Shown: positions 27,082 through 34,183 of the stretch, in pieces
How positions within the stretch are numbered: the first letter of the stretch is position 1
Layout: every line of letters starts with the position of its first letter
From: a virus
DNA: 34,183 nucleotides
IMG/VR virus record: IMGVR_UViG_3300045988_090145
Strand: one strand, 5' to 3'
Translations under genes and position numbers: made by a program
Notes under the pieces: model-generated
The model's input: only the letters and a program-made list of their open reading frames with translations
What the model was told of the DNA's origin: nothing
Database searches by the model: none

Positions 27082-29087
27082 AACCCCCTAGCAGCACTAA
27101 AGCACCAAAAATACAGCGGCTGTCGGTTGAGGATTGGACAAACGGCGTAGTCACTGCATTTGATGATGGTCGCTCACCGCTAAGAGGTCTAAGGTCGTCT
27201 GAGAATATGATATTGGATCAGGACTCTGTTATTACCGTGCGACATGGTACTGCTAAATATGGTCCCCAGCCATTAGGAACAGTCTTAGGTGAATTGGCTG
27301 AATTTCGTAGCACTACAAAAGATGGTTCTGTAAACTGGCTAGCTTGCCTTCAAAGAATAAACGGCAAAACAAAGCTATGTATAGCTAAAGGTGAAGACCC
27401 AGCGTGGCAAGTTGTAGAAGGTAAAGAATATCACGAATCCGCCCGCGGTCATTTCAAGCAAATACGCAACAATCTTCTAGTCATGAATGGAGAAGATACT
27501 CTTAGCTACTTGGATATACCAACAAAGAAGATAGTAGCATTTCAGAAAATATCAGACCCAGCAAAGCCAATACTAGATAAAAACGTAGGACTAACTGGTA
27601 CAGGATTTAAGGTATTTTATGCAGTTACCTTTAACTCTACTGTTGGTGAAACCGCAGGATCGCCTCTATTATCTCAAGCAATCTCTACAGACCGAGATAT
27701 GTGGAATGGTGAAAAACATAACCTGTCGGTCAAGCGTCCAGATAGTACAGAAGCTAAGTCGTGGAATATTTATTGTGGTGTTGGTGTTGACGGCGGCGGA
27801 GAGCCTACACTTTACCGTCTAGCTGCCGCACTACCAATGGATCAGACAGTATTTGTAGATAATGGATCACGTAGCTTAGACATGTCTGTACCTCTACCAA
27901 AAGACAATAATACGGCTGGTCCAAAAGCAACGCGAGCCGATGTAGTCAATGGCCGTATATGGATGACTGGCGATAAAGACAATCAATTCTATGTGTGGCG
28001 CGGTGGTGATTATGGTCATGAGCTAGACTTCTCACCTGGATATGGCGGTGGATATACGCCAGTAGGGAATGGTACCAAGGAAGTGCCATTTGCAGTACGA
28101 CCATATCGAGATGGTAAAGGCGACCCTAAAGTAACGGTCTTAGCAAACGGTACAAACGGTACTGGTAAACGATTCTATATTACACCGACAAACATTACTT
28201 ACGGTGAAGATACTATTACAGTCTGGCAAGTACAAGAAGATACTGGTGCTGACGGTACAGATAGCCCTGACGCTGTAGTCATTTACAATAACGACCTACT
28301 ATATCCAAGCCGTGGTGGATTTAATACTACAGGAACTCTACCGCAATTACAGAACGTCCTATCTACAAGACGAATTACTAACACTATTCAAGACGCTATT
28401 AGCAACCTAAACAGCAAAGCTATAGAAAAAGCCGTAGGTCTAGCATTTGAAGGACGCGTGTATTGGGCACTACCTGTTGCCGCTGACTACAACAATCAGA
28501 TATGGATTTATGATACCGATCGAAGAGGCGCGTGGATGAAGCCGTGGAGTATTCGTGCTGACTGGATGACACTATATAACGATAACTCAGGCATAACTCA
28601 CTTCTTAATAGTTCAAGGGAACAAGATAGTCGAGCTATCTAAGGGTGCAACTACAGTAGACGATGGTAAGCCGTTTAACACTAGCGCACAAAGCGGTCAA
28701 TTGCGATTTGAAGAAACTGGAAGAGATTGGGCGCGTGTACTCAAGGTGGTATTTGTACTACTCAGACCTCAAGGGCGCATTAATCTTACCGCCACCATTA
28801 AAACAGAAGACGGATTGCAGACATTTACAGAGACAAGATTTTTCGGAGCGTCTTCAAGTCGTACTGGATGGAGTGAGCCAGGCGTTGGTTGGAGCTCTAT
28901 TGGATGGAGCGAGGTGAAGGGTGTACCTGAAACATTTAACTCTGCCAGTGAAGAAGTAGAGCTGGAGGTGGATGAGGATGCTCACTGGGTGCAATACGGC
29001 TGGAGTTCATCAGACCCTGGCGTAAGTTACAGCATATCAAGAGTGGTATTTGAATACGTAAATATTGGCACGAAAGATCAAAGCTAA
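27075..29087 (+). CDS. Large tail structural protein (tail tubular/nozzle or spike candidate).
   Basis: 670 aa, Gly/Thr/Asn-rich beta-type composition. Located between the tail adaptor candidate and the fibre gene. Confidence 0.5.
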   Translation: MLKPPSSTKAPKIQRLSVEDWTNGVVTAFDDGRSPLRGLRSSENMILDQDSVITVRHGTAKYGPQPLGTVLGELAEFRSTTKDGSVNWLACLQRINGKTKLCIAKGEDPAWQVVEGKEYHESARGHFKQIRNNLLVMNGEDTLSYLDIPTKKIVAFQKISDPAKPILDKNVGLTGTGFKVFYAVTFNSTVGETAGSPLLSQAISTDRDMWNGEKHNLSVKRPDSTEAKSWNIYCGVGVDGGGEPTLYRLAAALPMDQTVFVDNGSRSLDMSVPLPKDNNTAGPKATRADVVNGRIWMTGDKDNQFYVWRGGDYGHELDFSPGYGGGYTPVGNGTKEVPFAVRPYRDGKGDPKVTVLANGTNGTGKRFYITPTNITYGEDTITVWQVQEDTGADGTDSPDAVVIYNNDLLYPSRGGFNTTGTLPQLQNVLSTRRITNTIQDAISNLNSKAIEKAVGLAFEGRVYWALPVAADYNNQIWIYDTDRRGAWMKPWSIRADWMTLYNDNSGITHFLIVQGNKIVELSKGATTVDDGKPFNTSAQSGQLRFEETGRDWARVLKVVFVLLRPQGRINLTATIKTEDGLQTFTETRFFGASSSRTGWSEPGVGWSSIGWSEVKGVPETFNSASEEVELEVDEDAHWVQYGWSSSDPGVSYSISRVVFEYVNIGTKDQS

Positions 29088-29102
29088 AGGAGGAATAACA
29101 AA

Positions 29103-29942
29103 ATGGCAAGTATTAGTGACAAAATTACAAAAGTAAAAGACGGCAGCAATCCTAACGTAGCGCGAGTAGTTACCCCACGACCCGCAAACTCTGACACTCT
29201 ATCTGTAGATAGTTTGACTGGTTGGACTGAAGATACTGCTGTGCATTTTATGACGTATAGAGTAGACTCAACTGGTAAAGTGGTCCCAGGTAGCCAGAGA
29301 GACTGGAAGGGTATGGCAAATAAGGCTACTGGTCAGATTATTAGTTTACAAATCCAGAATAACGCAATAGACGACGGTAACTTAGTTGGGGATATTGTTC
29401 AAGCTGGTCCTACTGCAGGCTGGGCGCAAGATCTAGCCGAGGCAATGCTAGAATCTCATAACAGCGACGGTTCTCTAAAAAAAGGTGCTGTAGGGGCTGA
29501 GAATATAGCCAAAGACAGTATTGTTGCTGAATCAATCAAAGAGAAATCTATCACAGCCGACAAGATAGACTTTACGACTATGCCGCTTGCAGAAAAAGTA
29601 AAAGTAAAGCGCAATGACATAACTACTGACAAGCCTGTGAACGTACAGTGTGGTTGTGCAAGAATACTAGTATCCTCTCCAGCCACTGAAGCCATTACTG
29701 AAATACAGTTTCCAAAACAGTTTAAGAGTGGCACGTTCCCTGTAGTAGTCTGTACATATACTGGCTATACCAGCTTCGCCAGCGATAAATGGACGGACGC
29801 TCCGCTTGGCACATGGGCTGGCGCAACAATGAGCGCATTAAAGATTACCAACTCATCATTTACAGCAGCTATCCGTCGTTTTGATGGTGCGACACTACAG
29901 GGTGCGTATTACTTTAACTGGATAGCAATAGGTCAAGCTTAG
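29103..29942 (+). CDS. Tail-fibre / receptor-binding protein with an invertible C-terminal region.
   Basis: Strong RBS aaggaggaataacaaaATG. 279 aa. The inverted-repeat crossover site lies at codons ~153-161 (DKIDFTTMP). The last structural gene before the lysis genes. Confidence 0.6.
   Translation: MASISDKITKVKDGSNPNVARVVTPRPANSDTLSVDSLTGWTEDTAVHFMTYRVDSTGKVVPGSQRDWKGMANKATGQIISLQIQNNAIDDGNLVGDIVQAGPTAGWAQDLAEAMLESHNSDGSLKKGAVGAENIAKDSIVAESIKEKSITADKIDFTTMPLAEKVKVKRNDITTDKPVNVQCGCARILVSSPATEAITEIQFPKQFKSGTFPVVVCTYTGYTSFASDKWTDAPLGTWAGATMSALKITNSSFTAAIRRFDGATLQGAYYFNWIAIGQA
29559..29584. repeat. Left 26-bp inverted repeat (candidate inversion crossover site).
   Basis: gacaagatagactttacgactatgcc. 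Its reverse complement matches 30293..30318 at 25 of 26 positions. Confidence 0.85.
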
Positions 29943-29943
29943 A

Positions 29944-30292
29944 CTACTTAACATACTCTAACACAATACTAACTTCTGAATTGCCCCAGGGGTAGCTACC
30001 TGATATTGTTACACTAGTATCGTCTATTGACGTTATTCCCGACTGGTGAGTATTCTCGACATAAGGCAGTGCTTGCTTTGTTAGATTATTTGATAAAGTG
30101 CCGCCAAGCCGCATATTGCCATAATATTTTATTAGTTCCCATCTACTAGTTAAGCCTTGAATACCATGAGCGAGCCTCGACGTATTGTTACCAGTCATAT
30201 TCACAGTGCCACGCACAACTTTACGATAAATAGGGCGACCGTCAATCCACTTGTGACCAGTGTCCTGTTCTTCAGTACTATATTTATTGCCA
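29944..30292 (-). other. Promoterless alternative tail-fibre C-terminal cassette, in-frame with the repeat on the minus strand.
   Basis: Minus-strand ORF reads ...SDKIDFTTMP-GNKYSTEEQ...SIVLEYVK (115 aa after the repeat). Same reading frame relative to the repeat as the + gene. Its stop abuts the + gene stop tail-to-tail (tagActa). Confidence 0.7.
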
Positions 30293-30318
30293 GGCATTGT
30301 CGTAAAGTCTATCTTGTC
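30293..30318. repeat. Right 26-bp inverted repeat (candidate inversion crossover site).
   Basis: ggcattgtcgtaaagtctatcttgtc is the reverse complement of 29559..29584 with one mismatch. Confidence 0.85.
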
Positions 30319-30371
30319 TGACCAATATATAAATGGTAAAATAGTACTATAAATTAACCAGTGTGATCTCA

Positions 30372-30414
30372 AGAAACGGAAGCACGTATAAAGACGAAAG
30401 GCTTCCGTTTTTTA
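30372..30414 (+). terminator. Rho-independent terminator after the invertible segment.
   Basis: Stem aaacggaagc/gcttccgttt followed by tttttat. Confidence 0.65.
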
Positions 30415-30415
30415 T

Positions 30416-30817
30416 ATGCCAGGATCAAACACAGACCTAAGCGAACGCCTAGTCAAACTAGAGGTGTTCAATGAAAAAGTAGCAGAACCATCATTAGCTC
30501 AAATATTAGCCAAACTAGACGGGCTAGTAAGTGAGTCTGAATACGTAGAGCGAAAAAAATATGTTGATGGAAAAATAAATGATATTGAAAAGAATATCAA
30601 AGCAATTCAGTACCATAACGATACACTAGATGGCAACGTCTTCATAAAAGCCATCGTTACTGGCGAAAAGAAATTTGTAGGAGTAATCATCAAGTATACA
30701 GGTCTAGCCGTACTTATAGGCGCGGTAGGGTTATTTTTGCTTACTCAATTTACCCACCTTATTCAAGATAGAGCACCCGTTGAGGTAATAGAAAAAGTAA
30801 AGGAGGTAACAAAATGA
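30416..30817 (+). CDS. Lysis-associated membrane protein (holin-like, C-terminal TM).
   Basis: 133 aa with a coiled-coil N-terminus and one C-terminal TM helix, FVGVIIKYTGLAVLIGAVGLFLL. Directly precedes the endolysin gene (ATGA overlap). No RBS; the start immediately follows the terminator. Confidence 0.45.
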   Translation: MPGSNTDLSERLVKLEVFNEKVAEPSLAQILAKLDGLVSESEYVERKKYVDGKINDIEKNIKAIQYHNDTLDGNVFIKAIVTGEKKFVGVIIKYTGLAVLIGAVGLFLLTQFTHLIQDRAPVEVIEKVKEVTK

Positions 30818-31794
30818 TAGAAAAAGCATTAGCTTGGTTTTATGCACGTAAAGGTCGAGTTTATTATTCGATGGAAAATCGGAATGGTCCAAATTCATAC
30901 GATTGTTCAAGCTCTGTATATCACGCACTAAAAGAAGCAGGTTTACTACCTAGTAGCTATTGGATTGGCAATACGGACACACTATTTGACGCTCTAGAGA
31001 AAAATGGTTGGGTTCGCGTACCTGAAGACGTAAACGGCGAGGTAGACACACAACGAGGAGATATTTTCATCTGGGGTATTCGCGGCAATTCAGGTGGCGC
31101 GTTGGGTCATACAGGAATGTTTACGGATACAGACAACGTAATTAACTGTCGCTATCAGGCAGGTATTGTCATAGACAATCACGACTGGCTCTGGAGCGCG
31201 TCAGGGTGCCCACGATACGCATTTTACAGGTACGTAGGTAAACCAAAAGAAGCTAAACGTGTAGCACTGCCTGAGGTGTATTATGCAGACGAAGTAGCAA
31301 CCGTATTCGATTTACGACAGATTAGATGCAACCGATTGATTGATGAGTTCGATTGGGAAGACAACGGCGTACCCGTCTCTGTAGCAGTAAAGACGGATAA
31401 AGACGGCTATCTACTGGATGGAGAGCTTAACACAGGTGATTACTTCCGAATTGTCGGCTCAACGGAGGTATTAGACGAAACGACTGAAAACAACAAACGC
31501 TACCTACAGTTAAAAATGGCAGATGACGGCATTTGGGTATTGGCGGAACGAGTACGTGAACTAGCGAATGGGGACGCAGGCACGCCACGACCAGAAAAAC
31601 GCCCTGTAGTAGTTACACCTACTGTAAAGATCGAAGCTAAAGACCAACCAAAAGTTGCACCTGTAGCACCACAACCAACCAACGAAGACGTGATGAGGTC
31701 TATCGCTAAATTAAGTCAAGATATCGCTAAGAATAAAAGTTTATTAGAGAAGATTATCGATTTTCTAATGAGTATTTTTAAGTTTAAGAAATAA
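30814..31794 (+). CDS. Endolysin: N-terminal Amidase_5/CHAP-like cysteine peptidase plus C-terminal binding domain.
   Basis: YYSMENRNGPNSYDCSSSVYHALKEAGL and GHTGMF supply the Cys/His catalytic pair, as in Amidase_5 phage lysins. Pro-rich linker PEKRPVVVTPTVKIEAKDQPKVAPVAPQP. 326 aa. Confidence 0.75.
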   Translation: MIEKALAWFYARKGRVYYSMENRNGPNSYDCSSSVYHALKEAGLLPSSYWIGNTDTLFDALEKNGWVRVPEDVNGEVDTQRGDIFIWGIRGNSGGALGHTGMFTDTDNVINCRYQAGIVIDNHDWLWSASGCPRYAFYRYVGKPKEAKRVALPEVYYADEVATVFDLRQIRCNRLIDEFDWEDNGVPVSVAVKTDKDGYLLDGELNTGDYFRIVGSTEVLDETTENNKRYLQLKMADDGIWVLAERVRELANGDAGTPRPEKRPVVVTPTVKIEAKDQPKVAPVAPQPTNEDVMRSIAKLSQDIAKNKSLLEKIIDFLMSIFKFKK

Positions 31795-31803
31795 GGAGGA
31801 AAT

Positions 31804-32061
31804 ATGAAATCACTAGAAGCATTAAAAAATATCAATTATAAAGATGTAGTCATTCGTGCTGCGTGGACGTTCGTACAGACGTTTATCGCGACATTTTTAC
31901 TAGCTGGCGTAAACTTAGTAAACTTGCTATTCGCGGCGAGCTGGCACGAGCTATACGCTTTAACGATGGCTACTGCTCTGTCTGCAATTGCGGCTGGATT
32001 ATCTGCGGCTAAGACTATTATCCTAGACTTGGCGCGACAGATGAAAGAAGCCGTTGAATAA
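31804..32061 (+). CDS. Holin (Gram-positive phage type).
   Basis: Strong RBS taaggaggaaatATG. 85 aa with two TM helices (AAWTFVQTFIATFLLAGV; LTMATALSAIAAGLSAA) and a charged C-terminus. Adjacent to the endolysin. Confidence 0.7.
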   Translation: MKSLEALKNINYKDVVIRAAWTFVQTFIATFLLAGVNLVNLLFAASWHELYALTMATALSAIAAGLSAAKTIILDLARQMKEAVE

Positions 32062-32083
32062 TTCAGATGGCTCTGTAATCCTA

Positions 32084-32120
32084 TAAAAAACTACTACTTT
32101 TGATCGAGGGTAGTTTTTTT
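32084..32120 (+). terminator. Putative terminator after the lysis cassette.
   Basis: aaaaaactac...gtagttttttt stem with a large loop, followed by a T run. Confidence 0.4.
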
Positions 32121-32128
32121 GTTGAGTA

Positions 32129-32183
32129 ATTCGGAAATTCCGAACAACTGAACTATTCGGAAATCCCGAACAGTTGACTGAAC
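32129..32183. repeat. Two tandem ~26-bp elements, each with an internal palindrome TTCGGAAAT(T/C)CCGAA (candidate operator or recombinase-binding sites).
   Basis: attcggaaattccgaacaactgaact immediately followed by attcggaaatcccgaacagttgactgaac. Confidence 0.6.
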
Positions 32184-32419
32184 GTAAAATATTTGCTAGG
32201 ATAGAAGTATCAATTTCAGATTGCCGGCCTCTATCGATTGAAAAAAGGTTTTCTTTCGATTGGGGCCGCTTTATTTTGCCCTGAAATACTAAAAAATAGG
32301 ATTTTTCTGTCAAGCCCCAAGCACTACGGGCTTGTGGAAAACTCCTCGGAAATGTAAAACGCCAAAGCTAGTAATGGTGCTAGTTAGCTGTTGGCTCAAA
32401 ATTTGGAGGGTTAACAGAG

Positions 32420-32713
32420 GTGAAAACCACTAATATTAATTCTAATGCTAATGCAAAAAAGTTTCATAGAAACTATAATTCTAATTCTAATACTAATATT
32501 AGTCGTGATAAGTATGCTAAATCCAAGCAGATAGAGAATATGGCGACTAGATTATGTCAGATGTTTGGAAACGAACAATACTTCGCATTTTACTGTAAAG
32601 TATTCTGGAAATTACCAGAAGCTACAGTTTGGCAATTAGCGGAAACTGCGCTAGAAGCAAAACAAACTCCAGGACGATTATTTACGTATCTATGTAAAAA
32701 GGCAGGCGTATGA
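32420..32713 (+). CDS. Hypothetical protein with an Asn/Ser-rich N-terminus.
   Basis: GTG start after ggaggg. The N-terminal coding DNA is a simple (taatnc)n repeat, so part of it may instead be noncoding iterons. 97 aa. Confidence 0.35.
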   Translation: MKTTNINSNANAKKFHRNYNSNSNTNISRDKYAKSKQIENMATRLCQMFGNEQYFAFYCKVFWKLPEATVWQLAETALEAKQTPGRLFTYLCKKAGV

Positions 32714-32982
32714 GTTTTGACACTAAAGAAGCTAGGCGTAAACTTATTGAACGGATTAATAAGGCTAAAGCAGATCGAGAACAACTTAGACTATTACGTA
32801 AGAATAAAAATGGCTGTGAACACGAATGGAAGGTGTACAAACAGATTATCAAGATTGATCATTTTGCTACCGTTATGAAGGGTCAAATACGTAAATATAG
32901 CGGTCCAACTTCACCGTATTTCATAGTTAAAGGATGTCATAAATGTCATGAAAAGCATTACATTGACTTAAAAAATCTGTAA
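32710..32982 (+). CDS. Small Cys/His-rich (zinc-binding-like) protein.
   Basis: CEHEW...CHKCHEKHY motif. 90 aa. ATGA overlap with the upstream ORF. Confidence 0.4.
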   Translation: MSFDTKEARRKLIERINKAKADREQLRLLRKNKNGCEHEWKVYKQIIKIDHFATVMKGQIRKYSGPTSPYFIVKGCHKCHEKHYIDLKNL

Positions 32983-33043
32983 AATAGAAAAATTGGGGCG
33001 TAAAGGTTACAAATTAAACCTAAGTCACTCTAAGGAGAGAAGA

Positions 33044-33991
33044 ATGACCGCACCAATTCTATCAATCACAACATCAAGAGCTACTGTAATAAATGAATTA
33101 CAGAAAATAGATGAAGTACTAGACGTAGAATATCAGACAGAGAACATCAGAGAGCTAGCGTTTCAGTTTATCCATTATTCAGCAATAGTCGAAGATATGT
33201 CACCAGCTACAGTAGCTACTAGAGTAGTACGTCTTAAACAATTTGTTAATTTCTGTGACGAATTACACAAAACCAATATAACCGAGCTGTCGCTTAGATG
33301 GCTCGATTTTTATTTTTATGAATACAGAAAAACTCACGCAGCTTCAACTACAAACTCAACAAAACGAGTAATAAAAGCATTCTTCAAATGGTGCAATGAA
33401 CATATGAATCTAGACTGTATTAATTCTGAGCTTATTAAGTCACGTAAGAACGCCAAACCACGACCAAGATATATACAACATCATGTTATACAACTAGTAC
33501 TCAACAGGACGTCAAATAACGCGAAAGAGCGGCATATAAACATGCTAATAGATTTTGCATACGACACTGGATTACGTATTTCAGAGATTGCCAATGTTAG
33601 CTATAGAGATATAGACGGATTGAACTTATACGTAAAGGGTAAAGGCTCTAAGGATCGCACAGTATTCCTAACTAAACGGTTAAAAGACAAGATAGATGAA
33701 TTCGCGACAGACTACAACCGATTATCTGGTCCTCTATTCAACACAAACGATAAAACAGCTAGAGTATGGATCCAACGAGCATTTAAGAAATATGCAGATA
33801 TTCATATAACACCTCATCAATTAAGACATAGTTTTGCAGTGCGTCTACTAATAGCTGGTTGTGATCTTATGACAATACAAAAATTACTTGGCCATCGCGA
33901 TCTATCCACGGTCCAGATATACCTACAAATTAAAGATGATCTGGCAGAGAGTCAGTTCTATAAAGCAATGGATCACGCTCAAGGCTATTGA
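33044..33991 (+). CDS. Tyrosine recombinase (integrase, or Rci-like invertase candidate).
   Basis: RBS aaggagagaag. Catalytic R-H-R-Y signature present: GLRISEIANV, HQLRHSFAVRLL, LLGHRDLSTVQIYLQI. 315 aa. Confidence 0.8.
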   Translation: MTAPILSITTSRATVINELQKIDEVLDVEYQTENIRELAFQFIHYSAIVEDMSPATVATRVVRLKQFVNFCDELHKTNITELSLRWLDFYFYEYRKTHAASTTNSTKRVIKAFFKWCNEHMNLDCINSELIKSRKNAKPRPRYIQHHVIQLVLNRTSNNAKERHINMLIDFAYDTGLRISEIANVSYRDIDGLNLYVKGKGSKDRTVFLTKRLKDKIDEFATDYNRLSGPLFNTNDKTARVWIQRAFKKYADIHITPHQLRHSFAVRLLIAGCDLMTIQKLLGHRDLSTVQIYLQIKDDLAESQFYKAMDHAQGY

Positions 33992-34183
33992 CATATTTAG
34001 TCATTTTTGCTATACTGGGGACAGTTGAGAAAGGCCTACACTTTCCAAGCAACTTTACACCAATAATTTCAAAGGCTCTCTACCAAACATTGAAAATGGC
34101 AGAGAATTTGATTGCTACTACATATAATTGTTGTGGTGGACAGTCGTAGTTATGGGGAGGCGCACCTCACCAAGTTCCTACGA

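Noticed and set aside
29944-30372. Minus-strand 142-aa ORF treated as an independent gene.
   Set aside because: No promoter or RBS. Its N-terminal extension upstream of the inverted repeat overlaps a + strand terminator. It is better explained as a promoterless alternative tail-fibre C-terminal cassette used after inversion.
29103-30372. Diversity-generating retroelement as the cause of tail-fibre variability.
   Set aside because: There is no reverse transcriptase anywhere in the genome and no template/variable repeat pair with A-specific mismatches. The repeats are inverted and nearly identical, which fits site-specific inversion instead.
1-34183. CRISPR array or other defence island.
   Set aside because: No regularly spaced direct repeats with unique spacers. 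The only tandem repeats are short, at most two copies each, in intergenic regulatory regions.

Overview
This window reads as one complete, circularly closed phage genome of about 34.1 kb: bases 1..52 are repeated exactly at 34132..34183. Almost all genes are on the + strand and tightly packed. Going clockwise: (1) An early region (443..7254) of small ORFs that includes an Rpf/transglycosylase-like protein, a DUF1064-type zinc-ribbon nuclease-like protein, a KGG-repeat stress-protein homolog, an HNH endonuclease, a YopX-family protein and a C-terminally truncated tryptophanyl-tRNA-synthetase homolog. (2) A packaging and head module: small and large terminase subunits, portal, scaffold and major capsid. 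(3) A strongly terminated accessory (moron) island at 14.7..16.6 kb carrying a DUF3761 membrane protein, a 4-TM protein, and the only minus-strand gene, a secreted CAP/SCP (YkwD-like) protein with its own near-consensus sigma70 promoter. (4) A 390-aa Gln/Asn/Gly-rich protein followed by a giant 2843-aa ORF (a quarter of the genome). The giant ORF contains a diphtheria-toxin-type 'YHGT...GNY' ADP-ribosyltransferase-like motif block and an HExxH zincin motif, and looks like a polyvalent, virion-injected effector. (5) Three tail genes. The last is a tail-fibre gene whose C-terminal coding part sits on a ~0.7-kb segment bounded by 26-bp inverted repeats; a promoterless alternative C-terminus is encoded in-frame on the opposite strand, which is a shufflon-like host-range switch. 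(6) A lysis cassette (an Amidase_5/CHAP-type endolysin flanked by two holin-like proteins) and a tyrosine recombinase. No DNA polymerase, helicase or primase is recognisable. The lysin and holin types suggest a Gram-positive host. The invertible tail-fibre switch, the giant ART+peptidase protein and the truncated TrpRS are the features most worth a second look.
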